A stretch of 64,000 nucleotides of DNA from an uncultured Actinomycetes bacterium. Lineage in GTDB: Bacteria > Actinomycetota > Acidimicrobiia > Spongiisociales > DATADW01. Below, one piece after another: positions 53,366-62,246 of this stretch. Position numbers and translations under genes: made by a program. The notes below the pieces were generated by a model that searched no databases, was not told where the DNA came from, and saw nothing but the letters and a program-made list of their open reading frames with translations. Position 1 is the first letter of the stretch, and every line of letters begins with the position of its first letter. The stretch lies in contig CAWGRK010000007.1 of NCBI GenBank assembly GCA_963824995.1, forward strand, positions 1-64,000, written 5' to 3'.

Positions 53366-54351
53366 CAGGCGCCGGTTCTGGTGCCCGGCACCCGCAACCG
53401 GCTCAGTACCCCGTCAACCACGGCACCGACGGTCGCTCCCCGCATCAGCGCCTCTGGACGGAGCGCCATGCGGTGCTGGAGGACCGGTTGGACGATGGAC
53501 TTGACGTCGTCGGGTGTCACGTATTCCCGTCCGGCGATGGCGGCACGCACCCGCGCCACCCGCTGCAGGAAGAGCGCCGAGCGGGGGGATGCCCCCAAGA
53601 GCAGATCACCGTGGGACCTGGTCGTCTCGACGATGTCGACTATGTAGGCCTTAACCGAGGGCGCCACGTGGATGGCGGAAGCCACCTGCTGCATCGCCAG
53701 CACCTCCTCGGCGGTCACCACCGGCTCGAGCCCCTCAAACGTGGAGCGCACCCCATGGGTGTCGAGCATCTCCAGTTCCTTTTCCCGGTTCGGGTAGCCG
53801 ATGCTGATCCGCATCATGAACCGGTCGAGTTGCGCCTCGGGGAGGGGGTAGGTCCCCTCGTGCTCCAGTGGGTTCTGGGTAGCGATGACCATGAACGGCG
53901 GATCGAGGGCTCTCGTGACTCCGTCGACGGTCACCTGGCGCTCCTCCATGGCCTCGAGCAGTGCCGCCTGGGTCTTGGGGCTGGCACGGTTGATCTCGTC
54001 ACCAACCACGATGTTGGCGAAGATCGCACCCGGTTTGAAGACGAAATCGCTCCCCTGGCGGTCCCACACCGAGACGCCTGTTATGTCCGAGGGGAGGAGA
54101 TCGGGGGTGAATTGGATGCGGCGGAAGGAGCAGTCGATCGAGCGGGCGAGCGACTTGGCCAGCAGCGTCTTGCCCACCCCAGGGACGTCCTCCACCAGCA
54201 CATGACCCCCGGCGATCAGACCGGTGATAACGAGACCGACAGCCTCGGGCTTGCCCTGTATGACCAGTTCGATGTTGGAGACCACGGTCGAGAGCCGGTC
54301 GGCGAACCAGTCGACGTGCTCGGCGGTGGGCGTATTGGTCTGGGGCTGCAA
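53365..54351 (-). CDS. MoxR-family AAA+ ATPase
   Basis: EDVPGVGKT, RIQFTPDLLPSD, DEINRA, LPEAQLDRF. Confidence 0.93.
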   Translation of the reverse strand: MQPQTNTPTAEHVDWFADRLSTVVSNIELVIQGKPEAVGLVITGLIAGGHVLVEDVPGVGKTLLAKSLARSIDCSFRRIQFTPDLLPSDITGVSVWDRQGSDFVFKPGAIFANIVVGDEINRASPKTQAALLEAMEERQVTVDGVTRALDPPFMVIATQNPLEHEGTYPLPEAQLDRFMMRISIGYPNREKELEMLDTHGVRSTFEGLEPVVTAEEVLAMQQVASAIHVAPSVKAYIVDIVETTRSHGDLLLGASPRSALFLQRVARVRAAIAGREYVTPDDVKSIVQPVLQHRMALRPEALMRGATVGAVVDGVLSRLRVPGTRTGA

Positions 54352-54393
54352 GGGTCCTCCGGTCGAAGGTGAGATGTTATCGGCACCCGGTTC

Positions 54394-54696
54394 ATGTTCT
54401 CCGACGTCGTGAGCGACCAGAATGTTCTTGTGTCCGGGTGGTTCAATGCGGCCCTGGCCGTCGCCATCAGGCCCGGTCTGTGGATCGAAGGTCTGCGCTT
54501 TCTGGGGGCGATGGCGGAGCCGGGTTGGTGGCGCCGCCCGCCCTTCTTCCCCGTCCCCGAGCCGGGGTATCTGCGTTGGCGGATCGCTACGGCATACGGA
54601 TCAGAAGACCATCCGGTTCGCCCTCATGACCTGGTGGCGGTGCTCCGCTGGAGGGCAGCGCTGCGGCGCGCCCGGAGGGCAATCCCTTCTGGCTAG
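54394..54696 (+). CDS. Conserved hypothetical protein
   Basis: RPGLW...GWWRRPPFFPVPEPGYLRWRIATAYG; start uncertain. Confidence 0.6.
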   Translation: MFSDVVSDQNVLVSGWFNAALAVAIRPGLWIEGLRFLGAMAEPGWWRRPPFFPVPEPGYLRWRIATAYGSEDHPVRPHDLVAVLRWRAALRRARRAIPSG

Positions 54697-54741
54697 CTGC
54701 AGGCGCACTGGTAGCCTCGTGCTGCTCCAACGGGAGGTCAG

Positions 54742-55251
54742 GTGACCAGAGCCCTGGTGCTCAACGCCTCCAACGAACCGCTGTCGGTGGTCCCGGCACG
54801 GCGTGCCGTGGTCCTGGTCCTGCGCGAGCGTGCTTCCATGGTCGAGGTGGGTGACGGGGTGTGGCACGCCGAGACGGTGGTGGTCCAGGTCCCGTCGGTG
54901 GTGCGCCTCCTCTCGTATGTGCACGTCCCCTTCAACCGCCGCGCCGCTTTGACCCGCAACGCCGTTTTCGCCCGTGACGACCACCGTTGCCAGTACTGCT
55001 CGGGCCCGGCGGACTCGGTGGACCATGTCGTCCCTCGGTCGTGTGGCGGCGGCCACAGCTGGGACAACGTCGTGGCGTGTTGCCGCCGCTGCAACCTCCG
55101 CAAGGGCGACCGGTCGCCGGCCGAGGCTGGCCTCGCCCTCCACCGCCCACCGGCGTCGCCACGTCGTTATGGCTGGATCTACGCCTCGGCAGGTCACCGT
55201 GTTGACCCTCGGTGGCATCCATATTTGGCTGAAACGGCCTTGTCGGCCTAG
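54742..55251 (+). CDS. HNH endonuclease
   Basis: LVLNASNEPL, RDDHRCQYC, DHVVPRS.GG..SWDNVVACCRRCNLRKG; GGAGG RBS. Confidence 0.92.
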   Translation: MTRALVLNASNEPLSVVPARRAVVLVLRERASMVEVGDGVWHAETVVVQVPSVVRLLSYVHVPFNRRAALTRNAVFARDDHRCQYCSGPADSVDHVVPRSCGGGHSWDNVVACCRRCNLRKGDRSPAEAGLALHRPPASPRRYGWIYASAGHRVDPRWHPYLAETALSA

Positions 55252-55268
55252 TTGGCCTAGTCGGCCTC

Positions 55269-55532
55269 GTACTGAGTACTTAGTACCTAGTACTTAGTAC
55301 AAGAACCGACTAAGCGACGCCTCTTGGATGACTGAGCACGGAGACACGACCGCGATAAATCGTTCTTGCGTGGCTGGAGGACCCGTTCGGTACTCCAGTC
55401 ACGCCGGAAAGGGTGCACCCCAAAGCTGATCGATTCTTGCGTGGCTGGACAACCTGTTCGGTACTCCAGTCACGCCGGAACGGCACATGCCCACCGTCCG
55501 GTCTAAGTACTAAGTACCAAGTACCAAGTACT
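55269..55532. repeat. Inverted family B heptamer arrays (55269-55300, 55505-55532) enclosing a hairpin doublet
   Basis: GTAC(T/C)(T/G)A x4 and AAGTAC(T/C) x4. Confidence 0.9.
55363..55480 (+). repeat. Two 47-bp imperfect palindromic repeats separated by 24 bp (period 71)
   Basis: TTCTTGCGTGGCTGGA(GGACCC/CAACCT)GTTCGGTACTCCAGTCACGCCGGAA at 55363 and 55434. Confidence 0.9.
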
Positions 55533-56821
55533 CACCGATACACGAACCGCCCCGCCTCCTGATCCCAGTCCTCGATCATCGGCAGGATCGTCTCGCCTGG
55601 AAGCGGGCACTCTCCGATGAGGTGGGCCTCTACTTCGTCCCAGAACCGCTCCAGGAGCCCGGCGGTGAGTACCCGCTCGCCGAGGCCGAGGCCGCAGCGG
55701 TTGGCGTCGGTGACCTGACCGACCCAGGCGGCGATCTCTTCTACGGTCTCGGTGCTGCCCCGCCCCTGTTCGAGGAGCCACAGCTTCTCGGCGATTGCGG
55801 TCGTACCCAGCTTGCACGGAGGGCACTGCCCGCATGACGACCTGGCGAGAAAGGTGGAGAGGACGGCGCCAACCCTGACCATGCAGTCGGTGTCGTCGTA
55901 GACGATCAGGCCGCCGGCGCCCAGACCCGACCCTGCCGATGCCATCCCCTCGTAGGAGAGCGGTGTGTCGAGTTGGGCGGCGCCGAGTGGCGCATTCGAG
56001 GCGCCCGAGATCACCGCCTTGGCTCGCCGCCCGGCCTCCAACCCGGCGCCGGGACCGTAGATGAGATAGGACAGGGGGGCGCCGAGGGGCAACTCGGCCA
56101 CCGCCTCTCGGCGCACCGCCCCTGAGATGGTGAACACCATCGTCCCCGGGCTCTGGGGTGTCCCCACGCTGCGGAAGGCGCTGGCGCCATCTCGCAGGAT
56201 CAGTGGGATGTTGCTGAGTGTCTCGACGTTGTTGACCACCGCCGGAGCGGAGGAGTGCCTATCGGCGAACAAACCCTCGACGTACGGAGGCACCAGGCGG
56301 GGTAACGGGTCGTTTCCCTCGATCACCTCGAGGAGGCCCTTCTCCTCACCGAACAGGTAGTCGTCCGGCCCCTCGACGATCCGGAGCGGAACCTCACCAA
56401 GAAGACCGGCGGCGCCCATCTCGGTTGCTGCCATCTCCAGCCGCTCGATCTCGTGCCGGAAACGGGCCTTGATCCCGACATATGCCTCGGTGGCACCGAT
56501 GGTCTCGGCGGCCACCGCCAGCCCCTCGAGCAACTGGTAGGGGTTCGTCCGAATCAGGGCCCTGTCCTTGAAGGTCCCCGGCTCGCCCTCGGCGGCATTG
56601 CACACTACGTAACAGCGCGATGGCCCCTCCTCGAGGATCCCATCCCACTTCAGCGCCGTGGGGTAGCCGGCACCACCCCTTCCCCGGAGCCCCGAGGCGC
56701 GGATCTCAGCGACGACGGCCCGCGCCCCCGATCGTCGGGCCTCGGCGAGGGCGATCCCGCCCCCTTGCTCCTGCCACGCAGAGAAGTGGGGGAGTGGCGC
56801 GTCGGGGAGAAGCGGGGCCAC
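55532..56821 (-). CDS. Stand-alone NuoF-like FMN/[4Fe-4S] protein
   Basis: SGLRGRGGAGYPT, CNAAEGEPGTFKD, FGEE, NNVETL, CGQCPPC...CGLG. Confidence 0.85.
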   Translation of the reverse strand: MAPLLPDAPLPHFSAWQEQGGGIALAEARRSGARAVVAEIRASGLRGRGGAGYPTALKWDGILEEGPSRCYVVCNAAEGEPGTFKDRALIRTNPYQLLEGLAVAAETIGATEAYVGIKARFRHEIERLEMAATEMGAAGLLGEVPLRIVEGPDDYLFGEEKGLLEVIEGNDPLPRLVPPYVEGLFADRHSSAPAVVNNVETLSNIPLILRDGASAFRSVGTPQSPGTMVFTISGAVRREAVAELPLGAPLSYLIYGPGAGLEAGRRAKAVISGASNAPLGAAQLDTPLSYEGMASAGSGLGAGGLIVYDDTDCMVRVGAVLSTFLARSSCGQCPPCKLGTTAIAEKLWLLEQGRGSTETVEEIAAWVGQVTDANRCGLGLGERVLTAGLLERFWDEVEAHLIGECPLPGETILPMIEDWDQEAGRFVYR

Positions 56822-56865
56822 GCGGCAACCCTACCGGGGGAGGGGAGTGGTCGCCGGAGACACCT

Positions 56866-56928
56866 GTGGGTCGTTATGGGAGAAAAAGGCGAGAAAGTAT
56901 TGACAGATGGGTCGATGTGGGGCAGATT
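56866..56928 (+). promoter_or_regulatory. dcw promoter with putative MraZ-binding (G/A)TGGG repeats
   Basis: (G/A)TGGG at 56866, 56876, 56907, 56917 (10-bp pairs); TTGACA at 56900-56905, 17 nt, CAGATT. Confidence 0.7.
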
Positions 56929-56975
56929 AGCCCACGACGGAGGTTCAGCCTTATGCAGGACGGAGCAGACACGAC

Positions 56976-57398
56976 GTGTTACTCGGCACGTACAGCCACG
57001 CCCTCGACGAGAAGGGTCGAGTCGTGCTGCCCGCCAAGTTCCGCCGGGATTTGGAGGAGGGCTCGGTCCTCACCAAAGGCGAGGACGGTTGCCTCGAACT
57101 CTTCCCAAACGAGACCTGGGGTCAAGAGGTGAGAGGAATCCTGGAGGACGATCGGCGGAGGATCGAGGTAAGACGGCGGCGGCGTCTCCGCTTCGGCGAG
57201 GCCCATCCAATCACCCCCGATAAGCAGGGAAGAATCGCCATCCCCCAGGAATTGAGGGACTTTGCCGGGATGGCGGCGGTGGTCACACTCGTCGGGGTGG
57301 GCGACCGGGTCGAGATCTGGGAGCCCGAAGCCTGGACGAGGGAAGAAGCCTCGACGAGGGAAGCCGCCCACGCCGAGCAGGACGCGATCGAGAGTTGA
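56976..57398 (+). CDS. mraZ: Division/cell-wall cluster transcriptional repressor
   Basis: LDEKGRVVLPAKFR and DKQGRIAIP DxxGR repeats, GVGDRVEIW. Confidence 0.95.
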   Translation: MLLGTYSHALDEKGRVVLPAKFRRDLEEGSVLTKGEDGCLELFPNETWGQEVRGILEDDRRRIEVRRRRRLRFGEAHPITPDKQGRIAIPQELRDFAGMAAVVTLVGVGDRVEIWEPEAWTREEASTREAAHAEQDAIES

Positions 57399-57448
57399 GG
57401 GAGGTGGAGCCGACACCGAGCGACCGGCGGCGGTGAGCCTGGTTCATC

Positions 57449-57528
57449 GCCAGCCCCCCGGAGTACCGAATTGGAAGGCCCCTTACTCCGCCCGCTTCCA
57501 ACTTGGTCCCAGCGCCCGGGGGGCTGGC
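57449..57528 (+). ncRNA. Long hairpin in the rsmH (mraW) leader, candidate mraW RNA motif
   Basis: Outer stem GCCAGCCCCCCGG/CCGGGGGGCTGGC, inner TTGGAAG/CTTCCAA, pyrimidine-rich loop CCCCTTACTCC; position matches the actinobacterial mraW motif. Confidence 0.55.
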
Positions 57529-57529
57529 C

Positions 57530-58468
57530 ATGAGCCAGGACCCGCAGCTAGCCCCGTTCCACAAGCCGGTGATGGCAGAGGAGGTCGCCGAGGTGTTCCA
57601 ACCGATCGAGCGCGGGGTGGTGGTGGACGCCACCTTCGGCGGTGGGGGCCACACGGCTCTACTCCTCGACAGACACCCCGGAATCACCGTCATCGGTCTG
57701 GATCGGGACCCGGCAGCCAACGTCAACGCAGCGCCGCTCGGACCCCGGCTGAACATGATGCAGAGCGACTTCAGACATCTCGACGAGGCGCTCGATCGGG
57801 CGGGGGTTGACCGGATCGAGGGAGCCCTCTTCGACCTCGGCGTATCGAGCCGTCAACTCGACGACCCAGGCCGCGGCTTCTCCTACCGCCAGAGCGGCCC
57901 ACTCGACATGCGGATGGGTCCCGACGCGCCGATCACCGCAAATGACGTGGTCAACGGCTGGGATGCCACAGCCCTTGCAGGGGTTATTCGCCGTTACGGC
58001 GAGGAGCCGCACGCCTCGCGGATCGCCGCTGCGATCGTCGCCGCCCGCCCGTTGACCGACACCAGCCACCTTGCCGAGGTCGTGGCCGCCGCCGTGCCGG
58101 CAAGAGCGCGAGCCCGGCGACACCCAGCGCGACGCACATTCCAGGCAATCCGCATGGTGGTCAATGAGGAACTCGACGCATTGGAGGAGGGTCTCGAGTC
58201 GGCGCTGGGGCGATTGAGGGTCGGGGGCCGGGCTGTCGTCATCGCCTACCACTCGCTGGAGGACCGGTTGGTCAAGCGCCGCTTCGTCGCCGGATCCCGG
58301 GGGTGCACCTGCCCGCCCGATTTCCCGGTATGCGTCTGCGGCGGCACCGCCGAGCTCCGCCTGCTCACCCGCAAGCCGGTTCGCCCGTCACCTTCCGAGG
58401 TGGAGGAAAACCCCCGGTCGCGTAGCGCCCGGCTCCGTGCCGTCGAGCGGGTCGAGGAGGCGGCGTGA
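57530..58468 (+). CDS. rsmH: 16S rRNA (C1402) methyltransferase
   Basis: HKPVM, DATFGGGGH, DLGVSS, PLDMRM, RTFQAIR, YHSLEDR. Confidence 0.96.
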   Translation: MSQDPQLAPFHKPVMAEEVAEVFQPIERGVVVDATFGGGGHTALLLDRHPGITVIGLDRDPAANVNAAPLGPRLNMMQSDFRHLDEALDRAGVDRIEGALFDLGVSSRQLDDPGRGFSYRQSGPLDMRMGPDAPITANDVVNGWDATALAGVIRRYGEEPHASRIAAAIVAARPLTDTSHLAEVVAAAVPARARARRHPARRTFQAIRMVVNEELDALEEGLESALGRLRVGGRAVVIAYHSLEDRLVKRRFVAGSRGCTCPPDFPVCVCGGTAELRLLTRKPVRPSPSEVEENPRSRSARLRAVERVEEAA

Positions 58469-58878
58469 CCGCGCCGACCGCACGTCCCCTCTCCAGGCTG
58501 GCAAGGCGACCCCAGCTCAGGGTCCTTCCAGGCCGCGATACGCGGCGACCGGCCATGGGACCCTGGCTTCTCTTCTCGACCGTCGCGGTCCTCGCCTTCT
58601 TCGCAATCATCTGGTCCAGAACCACCCTGGACCGCACCGCGTTCGAGCTCCAGGAGCTCGAGGGCCGGATCGCCGCCGAGCGGGCACGCTACGACGAGCT
58701 TCGCCTCGAGGTCGCCAGGTTGGAGTCGCCATCGCGCATCGCACCGTTGGCCGAGGAGCTGGGCATGGTGTTCCCGAGCCACACCCTGACGGTGGCCGCC
58801 AACGGCGTCGAGCGGACTGCCGGGTCGCCACGCCGTCTTGCCGAGTTGAGGTCGATCTTGAGCGCGTCGAGCCCATGA
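58465..58878 (+). CDS. ftsL: Cell division protein FtsL-like
   Basis: TM + coiled coil, LESPSRI..LAEELGMV; position between rsmH and ftsI. Confidence 0.8.
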   Translation: MTAPTARPLSRLARRPQLRVLPGRDTRRPAMGPWLLFSTVAVLAFFAIIWSRTTLDRTAFELQELEGRIAAERARYDELRLEVARLESPSRIAPLAEELGMVFPSHTLTVAANGVERTAGSPRRLAELRSILSASSP

Positions 58879-59002
58879 CGGGTCACATCGGAGCTGCTGG
58901 TGCCGATGGGGCCGGAGGCAGGAGTTCTCCACTCGGGGCAGCCGCCCCGTGGGCGGAGCGACACTTCCGACCACCCGGCGGTCGCCAGCTGGAGGAGTGA
59001 CC

Positions 59003-60742
59003 GTGGCCGGCCGCAGCAAGGGCCGGCGACTCGGGCTGTCCGACGCTCGTCTGTTCGCTGTCGGCGGCCTGCTGCTCTTCGCCTGGCTCGGTGCCGGCGT
59101 CCGGCTCTTCTACGTCCAGGTCATCGAGTCCGACCGCTGGGCTGCAGAGTCCCTGGAGCAACGGCTCACCCGAAAGGAGCTGGCGGCGCGGCGAGGGACC
59201 ATCTTCGACACCCGGGGCCGGGAGATGGCGGTGACCATCGATGGGACCACGATCTACGCCAACCCCAAGCAGATCGAAAGCCCCGAGGTAGCGGCCCGGC
59301 TGCTGGGGGCGGTGCTCGACCGACCGACATCGGTCGTCCTGAACCATCTGCGCGAGGACTCCACGTTCGTCTACCTGGCGCGCCAGCTCGAGTTCGATCA
59401 GGCGGAAGAGGTCCTAGCGCTCGATCTCGCGGGCATCTACTCGCTCCCCGAGCCGAAGCGGGTATACCCCGCAGGCGCCCTGGCCAGCCACATCCTGGGA
59501 TGGGTCGACATCGACAACCAGGGCAAGGAGGGCCTGGAGTACCGCTTTGACGAGGTCCTCAGAGGGAAGCCCGGTGCAGCGATCGTCGAGACCGATCCTT
59601 CCGGCCGCATCATCCCTCAGGGCCGCTACCAGGTGGAGCCGGCCGACCCGGGTGACGACCTGGTCACCACGATCGACCTCGACGTCCAGTTCGCCGCGGA
59701 GCGTGCCTGCTCGGACATCCTGACCGACGCCGAAGCGCAGAGGTGCACCGTCGTGGTGCTCGATCCGGACGACGGCGCGGTGGTGGCCCTGGCGACCCTG
59801 CCCGACTTCGATCCCAACGACCGCCAGGGTGTGGACGACGAGGTCCTGTTCGGAAACTTCGCCATCCGGGGCACCTTCGAGCCTGGATCGACGCTGAAGA
59901 CAATGACCATTGCCGCTGCCCTAGAGGATCGACTCGTGAAGCCGACCACCGTGATACCCGACGTCCCGGCTCGCTACGAGGTGGTCGAAGGCGCCTGTGA
60001 GAGCCGCACCGACGATCTCTTCGGGTGCTACGGCGACCCTGACTACCACGTGCCCGAGGACATGACCGTCGAGGACATCTTCACCCGCTCCTCGAACGTC
60101 GGCACAATCCTCGTCGGTGAACGGGTGGGCACGGCGCGACTGCGACGGTTCCTCGAACGTTTCGGCCTGGGGGAAACGACCGGGATCGAGTACGCCGGCG
60201 AAGCCGCTGGATCGGTCAACGTAGACCCCACCTGCGGCTCGTGTACCGCATCCGCCTCGATCGGATACTCGGTCGCGGTGTCGCCGCTCCAGATGGCCGC
60301 CGCCTACGGCGCCATCGCCAACGACGGGGTATGGGTTGCCCCGCACCTCGTCGATCGGGTCATGACGGGTGACAGCGAGCCAACCACTGTCCGACCTCAT
60401 CGTCACCGCGTCGTCTCGCCCGTAACCGCCAGGACCATGCGCCGCATGCTCGAGCAGGTGGTCGAGCATGGCACCGGGCTCAGGGCCGCCATCCCCGGAT
60501 ACGCGGTGGCGGGAAAGACGGGTACATCCGAGAAACTCGAGGACACGGGCTACAACCGACAGGTGAACGTCGCCAGCTTCGTCGGAATGGCTCCGGCCGA
60601 CGACCCCGAACTGGTCGTCGCCGTGGTGGTCGAGGCACCCTCCTACGCCTTCCGTTCGGGAGGGCTGTCGGCGGCTCCGGTCTTCGCCGAAGTGATGGAG
60701 AAGGCTCTGCACCATCTGGGAGTCCCCAGCAATGGGAGTTGA
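59003..60742 (+). CDS. ftsI: Class B penicillin-binding protein (PBP3)
   Basis: RGTIFD, EPGSTLK, SSNVG, KTGT motifs. Confidence 0.93.
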   Translation: MAGRSKGRRLGLSDARLFAVGGLLLFAWLGAGVRLFYVQVIESDRWAAESLEQRLTRKELAARRGTIFDTRGREMAVTIDGTTIYANPKQIESPEVAARLLGAVLDRPTSVVLNHLREDSTFVYLARQLEFDQAEEVLALDLAGIYSLPEPKRVYPAGALASHILGWVDIDNQGKEGLEYRFDEVLRGKPGAAIVETDPSGRIIPQGRYQVEPADPGDDLVTTIDLDVQFAAERACSDILTDAEAQRCTVVVLDPDDGAVVALATLPDFDPNDRQGVDDEVLFGNFAIRGTFEPGSTLKTMTIAAALEDRLVKPTTVIPDVPARYEVVEGACESRTDDLFGCYGDPDYHVPEDMTVEDIFTRSSNVGTILVGERVGTARLRRFLERFGLGETTGIEYAGEAAGSVNVDPTCGSCTASASIGYSVAVSPLQMAAAYGAIANDGVWVAPHLVDRVMTGDSEPTTVRPHRHRVVSPVTARTMRRMLEQVVEHGTGLRAAIPGYAVAGKTGTSEKLEDTGYNRQVNVASFVGMAPADDPELVVAVVVEAPSYAFRSGGLSAAPVFAEVMEKALHHLGVPSNGS

Positions 60743-62246
60743 GCCCTTGCGGCTCTCGGCGCTCGCCGCGCTGGTGGGCGGGACGGTGGTCCCAGCCGGC
60801 GAGGGACGCGAGGACGACCCGCTGGTCACCTCGGTGGTCCACGACAGCCGGTCGGCGACAGCCGGTTCGGTTTTCGTCGCCATTCCGGGGTTCAGCAATG
60901 ACGGCCATGCTTTCGCTGAAGCAGCCGTTGCCGGCGGTGCAGTGGCAGTGGCGGTGGAACGTCCCCTCCCGGCACCCGTGCCCCAACTGATGGTGCCTTC
61001 GGGGCGCGCCGTGCTGGGGCCGATGGCGGCGGCGGTCGCCGGCAACCCCTCGGAGCGGCTGCGCGTGGTAGGGGTGACCGGGACCAACGGCAAGACGACA
61101 GTGACCTATCTGCTCGATGCGATCGCAAGCGCCGCGGGAAGAAGGAGCGGGATCATCGGCACCACCGGCGCCTGGATCATGGGTCGCCCGGCCAAACTGG
61201 AGAGGACGACCCCGGAGGCCGATGACCTGCAACGTCTCCTCAGCGACATGGTCGATGCCGGTGTGGAGATCTCGTCGCTCGAAGTCTCCTCCCATGCCCT
61301 CGAGCTTGGAAGGGTGGCGGGCACCCGGTTCGAGGTGGTGGCGTTCACCAACCTCAGCCAGGACCACCTCGACTTCCACGGCGACATGGAGAGCTACTTC
61401 GAGGCAAAAGCGCGTCTGTTCGAGCCCGGCCGGGCCCGTTGTGCGGTCATCTGGGTGGACGACCCGGCAGGGGCCCGGCTTGCGGCCTCGACGACGCTTC
61501 CCGTGATCGAAGTCGGTGTCGGGACCGGTGAGGTCCGTGCTCGGGGGGTCGCCTCCTCGTGGGAAGGGATCGGTTTTACCCTGGTCACTCCGGCAGGGAC
61601 CATCGAGGTGGCGCTCCCGCTGCGCGGCCGCTTCAACTTGGCCAATGCCCTGGTGGCGGCCGCAATCGCCATCCAACTCGACCTCGGGCTCGATGCCGTT
61701 GCCGCCGGGCTCGGCGACGCCCCGGTGATCCCCGGCCGTTTCGAGCGGGTGCTCTACGGCCAGCCCTTCGAGGTCGTGGTCGATTACGCCCACACCCCGG
61801 CGAGCATCGCCGAGGCAGTGGCGGCGGCACGGGGGCTCACCGATGGCGCCGTGGTGGTGGTGTTCGGGGCCGGAGGAGATCGCGACCGGGCGAAGCGCCC
61901 GCTGATGGGTCAGGCAGCTTCGTCCGCCGACCGTGTCGTCCTCACCTCGGACAATCCCCGCTCCGAGGACCCCGGGACGATCATCACCGATGTCCTGGGT
62001 GGCGTTGACGACCCGGCCGGCTGGGTGGTGGAGCCGGATCGACGGCTGGCCATACGCCACGCCCTCGCCGTAGCCGAACCGGGCGACGCCATCCTCGTCC
62101 TGGGCAAGGGGCACGAGCGGGGACAGGACCTGGCCGGCGTGGTCCATCCGTTCGACGATCTGCAGGTGGCGGCTGAGGAACTCGGCGCGCTCGGGTATCC
62201 GCAACGCGAGGGGTCACCCCGCAGACCGGCTGGGGTCGGCGGATGA
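60732..62246 (+). CDS. murE: UDP-MurNAc-dipeptide:diaminopimelate ligase
   Basis: GTNGKTT, DYAHTP, SDNPR (DAP-type), GKGHE. Confidence 0.95.
   Translation: MGVEPLRLSALAALVGGTVVPAGEGREDDPLVTSVVHDSRSATAGSVFVAIPGFSNDGHAFAEAAVAGGAVAVAVERPLPAPVPQLMVPSGRAVLGPMAAAVAGNPSERLRVVGVTGTNGKTTVTYLLDAIASAAGRRSGIIGTTGAWIMGRPAKLERTTPEADDLQRLLSDMVDAGVEISSLEVSSHALELGRVAGTRFEVVAFTNLSQDHLDFHGDMESYFEAKARLFEPGRARCAVIWVDDPAGARLAASTTLPVIEVGVGTGEVRARGVASSWEGIGFTLVTPAGTIEVALPLRGRFNLANALVAAAIAIQLDLGLDAVAAGLGDAPVIPGRFERVLYGQPFEVVVDYAHTPASIAEAVAAARGLTDGAVVVVFGAGGDRDRAKRPLMGQAASSADRVVLTSDNPRSEDPGTIITDVLGGVDDPAGWVVEPDRRLAIRHALAVAEPGDAILVLGKGHERGQDLAGVVHPFDDLQVAAEELGALGYPQREGSPRRPAGVGG

Noticed and set aside
54742..55251. 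HNH gene as IscB or Cas9-like nuclease
   Set aside because: 169 aa with no RuvC motifs or PLMP N-terminus; matches the common stand-alone HNH type
55328..55429. 33-aa ORF inside the hairpin cassette
   Set aside because: No RBS, and its sequence is explained by the palindromic repeat
55363..55480. 47-bp repeat pair as a mini-CRISPR or integron attC array
   Set aside because: Only two units, no cas gene or integrase, and no RYYYAAC/GTTRRRY ends; kept as a hairpin doublet
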